Source: Desulfatiglandales bacterium
Lineage (GTDB): Bacteria; Desulfobacterota; DSM-4660; Desulfatiglandales; HGW-15
NCBI GenBank assembly: GCA_963667015.2
Contig: CAXXJJ010000004.1
Coordinates: 3,200,001 to 3,264,000 of the forward strand
DNA length: 64,000 nt
Reading direction: 5' to 3'
Part shown: in pieces, positions 18,748 to 28,794 of the stretch
Layout of the letters: each line of letters starts with the position of its first letter
Numbering within the stretch: position 1 is the first letter of the stretch
Notes under the pieces: model-generated
The model's input: only the letters and a program-made list of their open reading frames with translations
The model's database searches: none
Told to the model about the DNA's origin: nothing
Made by a program: the position numbers and the translations under genes

Positions 18748-19620
18748 TTGACAGGCATAGGCAGAAAAGAGTTTTGCCTGACCTGGGGAAATCGCTCACT
18801 GGAACTTGGCAAAAAGACCCTGATAATGGGGGTGCTGAATGTAACCCCCGACTCCTTTTCAGATGGAGGGCACTTTTTCGTAAGAGAAAAGGCCGTTGAA
18901 CAGGCCATTGCAATGGAGGCTGAGGGGGCTGACATTATAGATATCGGCGGAGAGTCTACACGCCCATACTCAGAAAAGATCAGCCTTGAGCAGGAGTTGG
19001 AGCGTGTTGTGCCGGTTATTGAAGAACTCAGCAGGGCCGTCAAAATTCCCATAAGTATAGACACATATAAGGCAAAGGTTGCTGAATCGGCAATAACCGC
19101 AGGGGCAACAATTATTAACGACATAAGCGCCCTGAGATTTGACCCGGATATGGCATCAGTTGTCAGGGATTCAGGCATGCCTGTAATACTCATGCACATG
19201 AAGGGAACCCCTGGAGACATGCAGAATAACCCCGTGTATGAGGACCTGATGGGAGAGATAAAGACCTTTTTCAGGGAGGCAATAGAAGAAGCCGAGGAAA
19301 GGGGAATAGCAAGGGATATGCTCATCCTTGATCCTGGAATAGGCTTTGGAAAAAGTTTTGCCCATAACCTCCGGATAATACGGAACCTTAAAGAACTGGA
19401 GGCCCTTGGTCTCCCCGTACTGCTCGGCTCATCCAGAAAGGCCTTTATAGGAAACATCCTGGACAAATCACCTGAAGAAAGGGATACAGGCACAATGGCT
19501 ACAGTAGCAGCAGGCATAATGAACGGAGCCCATATTGTAAGGGTGCATAATGTAGCCATGGCTAAAGAAACGGTCAAGGTTATTGATGCAATAATGGCCG
19601 GGGAAATTATTAACAAATAA
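18748..19620 (+). CDS. folP: Dihydropteroate synthase
   Basis: GVLNVTPDSFSDGG, IDIGGESTRP, DPGIGFGK, SRKAFI, RVHNV; follows ftsH. Confidence 0.97.
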   Translation: MTGIGRKEFCLTWGNRSLELGKKTLIMGVLNVTPDSFSDGGHFFVREKAVEQAIAMEAEGADIIDIGGESTRPYSEKISLEQELERVVPVIEELSRAVKIPISIDTYKAKVAESAITAGATIINDISALRFDPDMASVVRDSGMPVILMHMKGTPGDMQNNPVYEDLMGEIKTFFREAIEEAEERGIARDMLILDPGIGFGKSFAHNLRIIRNLKELEALGLPVLLGSSRKAFIGNILDKSPEERDTGTMATVAAGIMNGAHIVRVHNVAMAKETVKVIDAIMAGEIINK

Positions 19621-19733
19621 TATCTTTTCTCCATGAGCCTTGCGCCCTGCTCCTTGAGCCGATATGTACTGATATTTTATTTAGTAAAAAAATTAGATTT
19701 CTCAAACATTTAAAAGTGAGTTAATAAAAAATC

Positions 19734-20501
19734 ATGCTTTTCTGCATTGATGTAGGAAATACAAATATAGTAATGGGTGTCCTTGACCAGGATAAAATCG
19801 TAGGGCACTGGCGCGTGAGGACAGAAAAAGACGCCACCTCCGATGAGCTCGGTATCATGATATGCAATCTCTTTCAGACCTCCAGGGTCAGCATGCACGG
19901 GATAGATGATATTATTATATCATGTGTTGTCCCCCCCCTTCTCAATGCACTTGAAGGCCTGTCAAAACGTTACTTTAATATCAAACCGATGATTGTCGGC
20001 CGCGGCCTGAAAACCGGAATGCCCATAAAATATGATAACCCCAAAGAAGTGGGAGCAGACAGGATAGTAAACTCTGTAGCAGCCTATGAAAAATATAAAT
20101 GTGGTTTAATAATAGTAGATTTCGGGACGGCTACTACCTTTGACTGCGTATCGGAAGGCGGCGCCTGGATTGGCGGCGCGATATCTCCCGGGGTTTTTAT
20201 CTCCAGTGAAGCGCTTTTTTCCAAGACATCAAAGCTGCCCCGTGTGGAAATCTTTTCCGGCCCTAAAGATGTAATTGCCAAGGACACCATCAGCGCCATG
20301 AACGTAGGTATTGTTTATGGATATGCAGGCCTGGTTGACGGTATTGTAAAGCGTATTAAAAAAGAAATCGGTCATGAGGTTAAGGTTATTGCAACAGGAG
20401 GCATTGCACCCCTTATTGCAAAAGAGTCGGAAACCATTGATGCAATCGATGAAAACCTGACCCTTGAGGGACTGAAAATATTATATGAGAGGAATTCTTG
20501 A
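19734..20501 (+). CDS. coaX: Type III pantothenate kinase
   Basis: [27 protein letters not shown]. Confidence 0.95.
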   Translation: MLFCIDVGNTNIVMGVLDQDKIVGHWRVRTEKDATSDELGIMICNLFQTSRVSMHGIDDIIISCVVPPLLNALEGLSKRYFNIKPMIVGRGLKTGMPIKYDNPKEVGADRIVNSVAAYEKYKCGLIIVDFGTATTFDCVSEGGAWIGGAISPGVFISSEALFSKTSKLPRVEIFSGPKDVIAKDTISAMNVGIVYGYAGLVDGIVKRIKKEIGHEVKVIATGGIAPLIAKESETIDAIDENLTLEGLKILYERNS

Positions 20502-21397
20502 CTCCCGCACCGAAATGCCTGAAACAGGGAGATCTGATCGGCATAATAGCCCCTGCCAGCCCTGTGACTGCCGAAGAAATAAAACCCGCCATCGATATTA
20601 TTAAACAACTGGGATTCAGTGTCCTCGAAGGGGAGCACCTGTACGATGCGCAGGGCTACCTCGCAGGAAGGGATGAAGACCGGTTAAATGACCTCCATAA
20701 AATGTTTCGAAACAATGATGTAAAGGCGGTGTTATGTGCCCGCGGAGGATACGGCACCCCGAGACTGCTTGATAAGGTAGACTATGATCTGATAAAGGGA
20801 AATCCCAAGTTATTCATAGGCTACAGTGATGTAACGGCGCTGCTTCTGGCGGTCTTTCACAAGACAGGCATGGCCGTGTGTCATGGTCCTATGCTGAGAA
20901 ACATAGAAGGTCGAGAGGACAATCTAAACAACCTTTTAAAAATTCTTTCATCAGGCGGAGAGTTTAACCTGGGTCTTGAAGCGGATAATGTAATAAACCG
21001 CGGGACGGCCCGGGGCAGATTGCTGGGAGGGAACCTGAGCCTTATATCCGCTCTTCTCGGGACTTCTTATATACCCTCATTTAAGGGTTCCATCCTTTTC
21101 CTTGAAGACCGGGGAGAAGCCCTTTACAGGATAGACCGGATGGTGACTCAATTAAAACTGACAGGAACACTGGATGGCATAAAGGGTCTGATTATCGGAG
21201 AATTTCTGAACTGCGGCGATATAGATGAAATAAACGGAATCATATCAGAGTCCTTTAATCAGGATTGTCCGGTCTATGCCGGTTTTCCTGCCGGACACGG
21301 GAAGGAAAACCAGCCCCTTCCATTTGGAGTTGAAGCAGAGCTGGATACTGAATCATTAATATTACATGTTGACCCATTTATTGAACTATCAAATTAA
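20498..21397 (+). CDS. ldcA: LD-carboxypeptidase (peptidase S66)
   Basis: IAPAS, RGGYG, GYSDVT, GGNLS, LFLED, AGHG. Confidence 0.9.
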   Translation: MTPAPKCLKQGDLIGIIAPASPVTAEEIKPAIDIIKQLGFSVLEGEHLYDAQGYLAGRDEDRLNDLHKMFRNNDVKAVLCARGGYGTPRLLDKVDYDLIKGNPKLFIGYSDVTALLLAVFHKTGMAVCHGPMLRNIEGREDNLNNLLKILSSGGEFNLGLEADNVINRGTARGRLLGGNLSLISALLGTSYIPSFKGSILFLEDRGEALYRIDRMVTQLKLTGTLDGIKGLIIGEFLNCGDIDEINGIISESFNQDCPVYAGFPAGHGKENQPLPFGVEAELDTESLILHVDPFIELSN

Positions 21398-21479
21398 GAA
21401 AATTAATAAACGATATGTTAAAATATCATTCTGCGCCATTATATTCGGCACTCCTGTTTACCTGTGATTCGGAGGAACA

Positions 21480-22079
21480 ATGAAAAAAACTAAATTTATA
21501 ATTATCTCAATTGCTGTTTCTGTATTGATATTATTAGCATATAACGCGCAGGCCGGGGTTGCTACTGACCGTATTAAGACTGCGACTGATAAACTGATTA
21601 AAATTGTATCCAATAATGACCTTAATCCTCCTGAGATGGCAGATAAAAGAGCGCTGATGATCAGGGAAGCAGTGGATAAAGTTTTTGACTGGGCAGCATT
21701 TTCACAGAGAGCACTGGGAAGGCACTGGAAGGAGCTCAATAAAAAAGAAAAGGAAGAATTTATCCCTCTGTTCGGGAAGCTGATTGAACAAACATACATG
21801 GATAAAACACGGCAATACTCCGGACAGCAAATGAATTTTATCAATGAAGAACTCGATGAAAAATACGGGTCTGTTGATGCAGAGGTGATAATAAAAAATG
21901 ATGTTAATGTACCGATTCAATTTCGTGTACTGAAAAAAAATGAAACATGGTTTATTTATGACGTAAAAATTGAAGGTATAAGCCTTGTAAATAATTACAG
22001 GGTTCAATTCAATAACATTATAAATAAATCAGGATATACAGAGCTGGTATCCAAACTGAAGAATAAAGTTAATGAATAA
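21480..22079 (+). CDS. mlaC: MlaC/Ttg2D-family phospholipid-binding periplasmic protein
   Basis: Signal peptide; ALGRHWK, W.IYDV.IEGISLVNNYR.QF. Confidence 0.88.
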   Translation: MKKTKFIIISIAVSVLILLAYNAQAGVATDRIKTATDKLIKIVSNNDLNPPEMADKRALMIREAVDKVFDWAAFSQRALGRHWKELNKKEKEEFIPLFGKLIEQTYMDKTRQYSGQQMNFINEELDEKYGSVDAEVIIKNDVNVPIQFRVLKKNETWFIYDVKIEGISLVNNYRVQFNNIINKSGYTELVSKLKNKVNE

Positions 22080-22104
22080 AAAGCGTTAAAGGGAGCTAAG
22101 TTAC

Positions 22105-22950
22105 ATGAAAAAAATATCATTTGTCTCAATACTGAGTGTAATCATATTATTGTTGTCCTCAGGCATTATATTTGCCGGATCTGGACCGGTCGCTGATACA
22201 ACAGAAAGGCCAGATAACAGTGCAATTCGTCTTGCCCAGGCAGACACCGCAACTACAGGCATGAGTGTCGATTCATCCGATGATGACTACACGTTTGATG
22301 ATGAGTTTATGGAGGATATGAAAGACCTTGAGGAACCCCACGCCTCTATCGCAGATCCGTTGGAACCTATAAACAGGGCCTTTTTTCATTTTAATGACAA
22401 GCTTTATTACTGGGTGCTCAAACCGGCTGCTAAGGGCTATAGCGCGATTGTGCCCGAACCTGCAAGAAAGGGTATTAAAAACTTTTTTAATAATCTTTCA
22501 TTCCCTGTCCGTTTTGTCAGCTGTATTTTCCAGGCAAAGTTTGAAGGTGCAGGAATAGAGGTTGATCGCTTCCTTATAAACTCAACTATCGGGCTTGCAG
22601 GCTTCATGGACCCTGCTGCTAATAAATTTGGCATGAAAGAGTACGATGAAGACCTGGGCCAGACACTTGGATCATATGGTATCGGACACGGGTTTTTCAT
22701 CAACTGGCCGTTCCTGGGTCCCTCAAGTGTTACAGATACCATTGGGTCAATAGGCGATGCCTTCCTGGAACCATTGAATTATGTTGATATGGAAACCAAA
22801 TATGATCTAGCATTACGTGGCTTTGAGACCGTTAATAAAACATCCTTAAAAATTGGAGAGTACGAAGATCTCAAAAAAGCCGCCCTAGATCCCTATGTTG
22901 CTTTAAGGGATGCCTATTTCCAGTACAGGCAGAATGAGATTAAAAAATAA
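22105..22950 (+). CDS. mlaA: MlaA/VacJ-family protein
   Basis: DPLEPINR..FND, INSTIGLAG, EDLGQTLG, PFLGPS, DPYVALRDAY. Confidence 0.92.
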   Translation: MKKISFVSILSVIILLLSSGIIFAGSGPVADTTERPDNSAIRLAQADTATTGMSVDSSDDDYTFDDEFMEDMKDLEEPHASIADPLEPINRAFFHFNDKLYYWVLKPAAKGYSAIVPEPARKGIKNFFNNLSFPVRFVSCIFQAKFEGAGIEVDRFLINSTIGLAGFMDPAANKFGMKEYDEDLGQTLGSYGIGHGFFINWPFLGPSSVTDTIGSIGDAFLEPLNYVDMETKYDLALRGFETVNKTSLKIGEYEDLKKAALDPYVALRDAYFQYRQNEIKK

Positions 22951-22958
22951 AAAACTTT

Positions 22959-23025
22959 GCCACTAAGTCCCAAAGAAAAACAGTTTAACTAATAAATAAA
23001 CTTGGTATCTTGGTGCCTTGGTGGC
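22959..23025. repeat. Degenerate inverted repeat pair GCCACTAAG../..CTTGGTGGC
   Basis: GCCACTAAGTCCCAAAG facing CTTGGTATCTTGGTGCCTTGGTGGC between convergent genes. Confidence 0.45.
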
Positions 23026-23030
23026 TACAT

Positions 23031-23071
23031 AAAAAAAGGGCATCCCGGTTTGATCCGAGGATGCCCTTGTT
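23031..23071. terminator. Intrinsic terminator between mlaA and the cold-shock gene, probably bidirectional
   Basis: A7-GGGCATCC-CGG..CCG-A-GGATGCCC-TTGTT. Confidence 0.75.
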
Positions 23072-23086
23072 AGTTATAATCGAAGA

Positions 23087-23287
23087 CTAAACCCGACTCA
23101 CATTTACAGCCTTGGGACCTCTTTCACCGTCTTCAACCTCAAATGTTACCTCTTCCCCCTCATTAAGGGACCTGTAGCCATCCGAATTAATTGAAGAGAA
23201 GTGAACAAAAAGATCGGGACCATCTTCCTGCTGAATAAAACCAAAACCTTTTCTGTTGTTAAACCATTTTACTGTTCCGTTTGCCAA
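23087..23287 (-). CDS. Cold-shock protein (CspA family)
   Basis: GTVKWFN, KGFGFI, LFVHFS; AGGAGG RBS, TTG start. Confidence 0.97.
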   Translation of the reverse strand: MANGTVKWFNNRKGFGFIQQEDGPDLFVHFSSINSDGYRSLNEGEEVTFEVEDGERGPKAVNVSRV

Positions 23288-23443
23288 TGCTCTAATACCT
23301 CCTTTAAGCCTTTCTTCGTCCGGGTTACCCCGGTAGTGAGTTAAAGCCGGGTTGCCCCAACTAAGGAAAACCCAGCTAATACAATCTCGGGTTTAGCTTT
23401 ATACAGAATATTAAGTTAATTTCTGCACAAATGAGTTACAAAT

Positions 23444-23472
23444 AGTATAGTGAGAACCAGAAAAAAGGTCAA
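23444..23472 (-). promoter_or_regulatory. Sigma70 promoter of the cold-shock gene, implying a ~150-nt 5' UTR
   Basis: TTGACC, 17 nt spacer, TATACT on the minus strand. Confidence 0.65.
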
Positions 23473-23482
23473 TGAAATTTTG

Positions 23483-23881
23483 TTATGCCTTTTTTATTGG
23501 CCATTCGCCGCGTTCAACAAGCACTTCCCTGTATGCAGCCAGGGCCTCATTGACTGTAGGCATACCGGCATATGTGGAAAGCTGAAAAAATATTTCTGCA
23601 ATTTTTTCCGGATCACACCCCACATTGAGCGCGCCGTTAATATGAAGTTTCAACTCATCAGTTGCCCGGAGGGCGGCCAACATGGCGCATGCTGCCATCT
23701 GCCTTTCAGGAAGTGTCAAAACTGTCCTGGAATACAGCTTGCCGGTAATATGTAATGACAGGTCATTGGCCAGGTCTCTGTTAAACTCCTTCCAAAGCTT
23801 ATATGGAGGGTCCATCTTAATGCCTTTACTAAAGAGCTTTGCAGCAGTCTCCTGAGTCTTTTTTTTCAGTTCTTCATCCAT
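23483..23881 (-). CDS. Carboxymuconolactone decarboxylase family protein
   Basis: YSRTVL..ERQ..LKLHINGALNVG..EI..YAGMP. Confidence 0.88.
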   Translation of the reverse strand: MDEELKKKTQETAAKLFSKGIKMDPPYKLWKEFNRDLANDLSLHITGKLYSRTVLTLPERQMAACAMLAALRATDELKLHINGALNVGCDPEKIAEIFFQLSTYAGMPTVNEALAAYREVLVERGEWPIKKA

Positions 23882-24088
23882 CGGTTTTCTCCTTTATTCT
23901 TAAAACTCTAAAATTTTCGAGGAACTACAATTCATACTATAGTCTGTAGATTTGCTGATTACATCAAGGCACAACACAGTATAAAAAAAATTATGAAAAA
24001 TCAAAAACAGATGAGGGATAATTTATGGGGCGAAATAAGGAGTTCCCACGGAAACCGTGGGAACCAGGAAAAAGCAAGTTTCTATCGA

Positions 24089-24343
24089 CTACTCTTCGAT
24101 TTTCGGGGCTCGGGGATTCTGGCCGTTCTGGTGCAGAATCAACGCTGTGGCTTGCCCGGAATATTCGGTTTCAAAGGTGATCTGTGCATCGATAACCTTG
24201 AGAAAGAAATCACGTTCGGTTAGAATCTGATGGATTTTTTCATTGGATGGCACAGTCGATTCTACCGGTTCTGCCCCGAAAGCACAGATAGAGAAAAGCA
24301 AAACAACTGGGGCAGTAATTCCCTGAAACACTAAATTTTTCAT
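24089..24343 (-). pseudogene. Internally deleted secreted serine hydrolase (beta-lactamase family plus DUF3471) remnant
   Basis: AAGGAGG RBS; signal peptide plus VPSNEKIHQILTER joined directly to the DUF3471-type tail DFFLKVIDAQITF..ALILHQNG..RAPKI; no SxxK domain. Confidence 0.6.
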
Positions 24344-24419
24344 TAGTTACGTCCTCCTTTGTTAAGAGGAGCTTATTGAGCGGCTTTACGCGAAATCTTA
24401 TCAAGTTCGGAAAATAACA

Positions 24420-25370
24420 CTACTTTTTCTTTGCCTTCTTAACTTTCCATGCCTTATTCATCATGTCTTCATCATATGGGCCGGGTATTACTCCCTCTGT
24501 GGCAAATACATAGAGAGCACCTCGATAGACATGATTTGCAATGGTTGAAAGGTATGCAAGTATGAACATGCATATCGTAAATATAAATATCATTATAACG
24601 ATTATTGCTCCTGCATTTGGAATATTCATCCCTATAAAAAAAATACAGGCAAAAAATAAAAGTAGAAGGGATATAGCAAAAATAAGCAGAGAAAAGACAC
24701 TGATTCCGGCATAGCCTATTACTGTTTCTCCCCATGTCCTTTTCAGCATTAAGGCTGAGGTCTTGAGCAGCTTAATTGGATTGGAGCTTTTTTCTTCCCT
24801 GATGATTACCGGTATTACAAAAATAGATGCTACACTCCAGGCAATCCCGATTAATCCCATAATCAATTTGCCGACAAAACCAAGTTTTTCCTCCAGCTTC
24901 CGGATAATGAGACCAATAGCCCCTGCAAAAAGAGACCATACCAATATGAGTTTAATCTTGGACAGGGCGGTTTTTATACCTCTTAAAAGAGAGACGCGTT
25001 TTCCGTTTAATCCATTGATAATTTCATTATAGAAGGCTACGTTTAAAAAAGTCGTTGAAAACATGGAAATCAGATAAAATAAAACAAACCAGGCATACCA
25101 GTAATTACCAAACAGTTGTTCTATTACCGTGCCACCTGTTACTTTTTTGTTTCCAACCATATTATGAATATGCTTTCCCAGTGTTTCCCAATGCGAAGGC
25201 TCTGTTATCGAATGTCCTGAATCCCACAGAAGAACAGGGGATAGAAAAAACAGTCCGATTATGACAAAAAAAACAAACCCGATAACAGGGAATAAAAGGA
25301 GTCTTTTATTTTGCACGATAACTGATAAAGAACTCCTGAATAAACTCCAGCTTGTTTTAAATTTTCCCAT
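24420..25370 (-). CDS. Multi-pass membrane protein (DUF6159-like)
   Basis: SWSLFRSS..KRLLLFP, WSVASIFVIPVII, LKRTWGE, ALYVFATEG; several hydrophobic helices. Confidence 0.75.
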   Translation of the reverse strand: MGKFKTSWSLFRSSLSVIVQNKRLLLFPVIGFVFFVIIGLFFLSPVLLWDSGHSITEPSHWETLGKHIHNMVGNKKVTGGTVIEQLFGNYWYAWFVLFYLISMFSTTFLNVAFYNEIINGLNGKRVSLLRGIKTALSKIKLILVWSLFAGAIGLIIRKLEEKLGFVGKLIMGLIGIAWSVASIFVIPVIIREEKSSNPIKLLKTSALMLKRTWGETVIGYAGISVFSLLIFAISLLLLFFACIFFIGMNIPNAGAIIVIMIFIFTICMFILAYLSTIANHVYRGALYVFATEGVIPGPYDEDMMNKAWKVKKAKKK

Positions 25371-25371
25371 T

Positions 25372-25761
25372 TTAAGACCTCCTGCTTAAAATATAATCCA
25401 TGAGTTCAGCTTCACTGATTCCCTCATTTTTTGCCTCTGCAATTACTCTGCTGAATAGATTATTAAGCCTGGTTTCTTTTTCTTCATCTGTAAGAGTAAT
25501 TGTATTTTGCTGGTTTGCAGAAACAAAGGAGCCGTTTCCTCTTTTGCTTGCAATTACGCCCTTAAGTTCCAGTTCCCGGTAAGACTTGGCTATAGTATTT
25601 GGATTGACTTCAAGGTGCCCGGCAAGTTCCTTTATTGTTGGAAGCCTGTCACCTTCTCTCAGTTCTCCGTTTCCGATAGCTGCATAGATAATATTAATTA
25701 TCTGCTTATAAACATGTACACCGGATGAGAAATCGACCGTCCAATTCAGAGCATTTTCCAT
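25372..25761 (-). CDS. GntR-family regulator, YtrA subfamily
   Basis: VYKQI..GDRLPTIKELA..VNPNTIAKSYRELE..RGNGSFV; short C-terminus. Confidence 0.93.
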   Translation of the reverse strand: MENALNWTVDFSSGVHVYKQIINIIYAAIGNGELREGDRLPTIKELAGHLEVNPNTIAKSYRELELKGVIASKRGNGSFVSANQQNTITLTDEEKETRLNNLFSRVIAEAKNEGISEAELMDYILSRRS

Positions 25762-25782
25762 AACTTTATGTTCCTAGATAAA

Positions 25783-25823
25783 TATTTTACTAGCAAAGTA
25801 GTATAATAGTGTTTTAAAGTCAA
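25783..25823 (-). promoter_or_regulatory. Promoter with overlapping YtrA-type operator
   Basis: TTGACT-17-TACTTT; inverted repeat TATTTTACTA-N6-TAGTATAATA (25783-25808). Confidence 0.65.
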
Positions 25824-25962
25824 GTTTTTTTAAAAAAGAATTTATATTTTTCTGGAAATAATTAGGAAAGCCAGGCCTAATCATATGAAAGGCATTGAAT
25901 TAATTAGATTATCTTCTCGATCCAACTGAGACAGTGATAACCAGGGGTCTCACTGATAGATC

Positions 25963-27357
25963 TCAGCAAAGTGATCGTTTCATACTGTCGTAATATAGCA
26001 CAGCGACAAAATAGCCCCAGGTTATTACTGCAACAGATAGAATAATTATAAGGCCAATTAATAAAGGAGCGTTTTCCATTGCAACGACCATACTGCATGA
26101 AGCTACCATTACAATAATAAGCATAATTATAATAGATATCATCAGAATGGTTTTCCTGAAGAGAATGAATATTCCCCCAAAAAGAGGTATCATTAATACC
26201 GGGACAATAAGCAGAATCCAATTAATGGCGGGGGAAAAAGATTTCTTCTCAAACGTTATGGGTAGAAGAAATCCTGATAATAGATTGAATAAAAGAATTG
26301 ATGAAGCCATAATGCCGAGAGAGATAATTATAATTGTAAATAAAAGAAAAATTCGGCGCCAGAAATATTCTTTTCGACCAATAAGCAAGGAAATATCAAA
26401 CCGGTGGTATTGGAAGATGATGCTGATCATAACACTGGCAGCAATAAAGATCATCAGCAGAAACATAAATAGTACTTGCCCCTTAACTTGCTGTAAAAGG
26501 CATAGGCAAAGTGAAAACAAAACAATGCCGAGCAATATGGCTCTCCAGGAGGATGCAATTGGACCGATAACAAGATAAACCTGCCCCCATAGATTAGCCA
26601 ATAGTGTTAAATGATGATTGGATCTGATGCGTCCTGAAAAAAAATCGCCGGCTGACTCGGAAGCCCGATCAGGTTTTTTATACTTCATCATGCGCATGCG
26701 TTCTCGTTTAAAACGGGCCTGCGCTTCAGCACTAAAAGCACCGAATCCTATCCCTGGCTTAGCACATAGACGACGAACATTTTCTCTTCGGCCCACAGCA
26801 CGATAAATCATATAACTAATGACGCCGCTTAAAAAGGTCAGAAACCAAGGATGGGCCATGAGAACCGTTCTAATATCAATCAGTTCGGGCATAAAAAAAG
26901 TTGTGAACGATAATCCTAAGAATGCTAAGAATGGAAAAATTATCCACCTTTTGATAATGATAGTAATACCCATCCAGTAACTAAGATTAAACAAACCTAT
27001 ATATCCTATGAAAATGGCATAGCTGGTTTTGCAACCTTTAACATACAGGGTTGCAATAATAAGAAAGAATATAGTCATTATTGATAGCCATATAAGAAGG
27101 ATAAATTTCTGGACTGTTTTTGTATGTCCAGGCAAGCAGAATCCATAGGGTCTACTGAGTACTTCACCTGCTATCATCGCTATTCCTTCACCATATAAGG
27201 TTATGAATATCAAAGGGAATGCTATGAAAGGAAATTCAGCTCCTAGTATATATGAGGATATTCCCATTGTTATGAAGCCTGATATCAGTATTAAATGGAA
27301 TATCCATATTCGGCGGCATTGGTAAAGAGTCTTCAGATTCGCAGTAAGGGATTTCAT
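25963..27357 (-). CDS. Multi-pass membrane protein, probable ABC permease
   Basis: About 12 hydrophobic segments in two halves; directly downstream of the ABC ATPase. Confidence 0.7.
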   Translation of the reverse strand: MKSLTANLKTLYQCRRIWIFHLILISGFITMGISSYILGAEFPFIAFPLIFITLYGEGIAMIAGEVLSRPYGFCLPGHTKTVQKFILLIWLSIMTIFFLIIATLYVKGCKTSYAIFIGYIGLFNLSYWMGITIIIKRWIIFPFLAFLGLSFTTFFMPELIDIRTVLMAHPWFLTFLSGVISYMIYRAVGRRENVRRLCAKPGIGFGAFSAEAQARFKRERMRMMKYKKPDRASESAGDFFSGRIRSNHHLTLLANLWGQVYLVIGPIASSWRAILLGIVLFSLCLCLLQQVKGQVLFMFLLMIFIAASVMISIIFQYHRFDISLLIGRKEYFWRRIFLLFTIIIISLGIMASSILLFNLLSGFLLPITFEKKSFSPAINWILLIVPVLMIPLFGGIFILFRKTILMISIIIMLIIVMVASCSMVVAMENAPLLIGLIIILSVAVITWGYFVAVLYYDSMKRSLC

Positions 27358-27379
27358 GGTACTTTATCTCCTATAACTA

Positions 27380-28267
27380 TTACTCCATGACAATTTTATA
27401 GATATCCTCAAGGGGTAGAGGATGGTAATCTATTCTGCAATTGAGTGATTCGGTCTGATTCTTAATCGTTTCAAGCTGAGGATTTTCAAGTATTATAACC
27501 GCCTGGCCATTATTCCTTTGACAGGCTATGATTCTTTTAAATGGCAATTCTTCGGGTATTGATGCCCCAAGGCTTGTAAGTCGTATACGCAGATATTGAT
27601 CGCGCAGGTTGTCAAAACTCCGGTTTTGCAAGACATTGCCTTTTTTCATTATGATCACGTGATCGATCACCTTTTCAACATCACTCAAAATATGTGATGA
27701 GATCAGTATGGTTTTTTGCTCCTGCTGAATAATATTTATCAACAGATCAAGAAACTGAGCCCTTGCAATTGGGTCCAGTGCGGATGCAGGCTCATCAAGG
27801 ATCAAGAATTCCGGTTCATGACCGATGGCCATGAGTATCGCCAGTTTCTGGCGCTGGCCTGGAGACAATGCTCCTACACGGTCATCGAGATCCATCTCAA
27901 AATCACACACATAGCGTTCTTCCAGGTCATTATTCCAATCAGGGTAATAGGCACTTACATATTGTATTAGCTGTTTTACGGTCATCCAGTTGAGGAGCTC
28001 TCCTTCCTGGTGAACATATCCTATACGTGACAACTCCTTTTGGCTGAGTTTTCCCGCATCATAACCGAAGGTAGTACATGTTCCTTCATCAGGAAGATAG
28101 AGGCCAATCATATGGCGTATTAAAGTACTTTTGCCGCAACCGTTTGGCCCTAACAGGCCGATTATGCTACCCGGCATAATATTTAAATCCACATAATCAA
28201 GGGCCTTTTTTCCATCAAAAGATTTTGTAAGGCCCTTGAATTCAACAATAGGCGAAATATTATCCAT
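27380..28267 (-). CDS. ABC transporter ATP-binding protein (YtrB-like)
   Basis: GPNGCGKST, LSPGQRQK, ILDEP, SSHIL; GAGGAG RBS before ATG 28267 (track start 28282). Confidence 0.93.
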   Translation of the reverse strand: MDNISPIVEFKGLTKSFDGKKALDYVDLNIMPGSIIGLLGPNGCGKSTLIRHMIGLYLPDEGTCTTFGYDAGKLSQKELSRIGYVHQEGELLNWMTVKQLIQYVSAYYPDWNNDLEERYVCDFEMDLDDRVGALSPGQRQKLAILMAIGHEPEFLILDEPASALDPIARAQFLDLLINIIQQEQKTILISSHILSDVEKVIDHVIIMKKGNVLQNRSFDNLRDQYLRIRLTSLGASIPEELPFKRIIACQRNNGQAVIILENPQLETIKNQTESLNCRIDYHPLPLEDIYKIVME

Positions 28268-28664
28268 TTGATTTCTCCTCACGTTCTTTCAGAAATTTTA
28301 CAAACATTTTCTTCAGCATTTTTTCAGTTTTTTCCTCGGACAATCCAAACTGGATTGCGGTTGTAACGGCCTTTGATAAATGAGTTTCCAGGATTTCCTC
28401 TTTTGTCTGATCCTGTTTGTCCGGATGGATTTCAGCTATAAACAATCCTACTCCCCTGCGCCTATCCAGCAATCCTTCTGCTTCCATTGCAGAATATGCC
28501 TTGCTTACAGTCACTGGCGTTACCTTTAACTGCACGGCAAGTTCACGAACAGATACCAGCTGCTCTCCTTCTTTCAACCTGCCTGCCATAATCTGTTCAC
28601 GTACCTGATCTTTAATCTGCCGATAGATTGGTACTCCGCTGTGATGATCAATTTCCAGTAACAT
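28260..28664 (-). CDS. GntR-family regulator, YtrA subfamily
   Basis: SGVPIYRQI..GEQL.SVRELA..TVSKAY..RRGVGLFI. Confidence 0.93.
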   Translation of the reverse strand: MLLEIDHHSGVPIYRQIKDQVREQIMAGRLKEGEQLVSVRELAVQLKVTPVTVSKAYSAMEAEGLLDRRRGVGLFIAEIHPDKQDQTKEEILETHLSKAVTTAIQFGLSEEKTEKMLKKMFVKFLKEREEKSNG

Positions 28665-28682
28665 TCATACATTCCTTGTTTA

Positions 28683-28722
28683 AGTGTTATACAACGCTAT
28701 AACACTAAAACACCTAAGTCAA
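28683..28722 (-). promoter_or_regulatory. Promoter with overlapping YtrA-type operator
   Basis: TTGACT-17-TAGCGT; perfect inverted repeat AGTGTTATA-N6-TATAACACT (28683-28706). Confidence 0.75.
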
Positions 28723-28762
28723 GAGATTTTTATTTCCAATAAAAACATCATATTCTCCGGCC

Positions 28763-28794
28763 TGTCCCGGCACAGCTTTATGCAATGATCGGAT
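28763..28794. repeat. Degenerate copy of the dispersed REP-like repeat
   Basis: TGTCCCGGCACAGCTTTATGCAATGATCGGAT. Confidence 0.45.

Noticed and set aside
18744..19634. Long antisense ORFs (296 aa here; also 34301-35089, 53648-54280, 55681-56298 and others)
   Set aside because: They mirror well-supported genes on the opposite strand.
19634..19660. Degenerate heptamer tandem repeats (TGAGCCT-like; also ACCGCAA-like at ~37663-37695)
   Set aside because: Short, degenerate and without spacers; not CRISPR and no supportable function.
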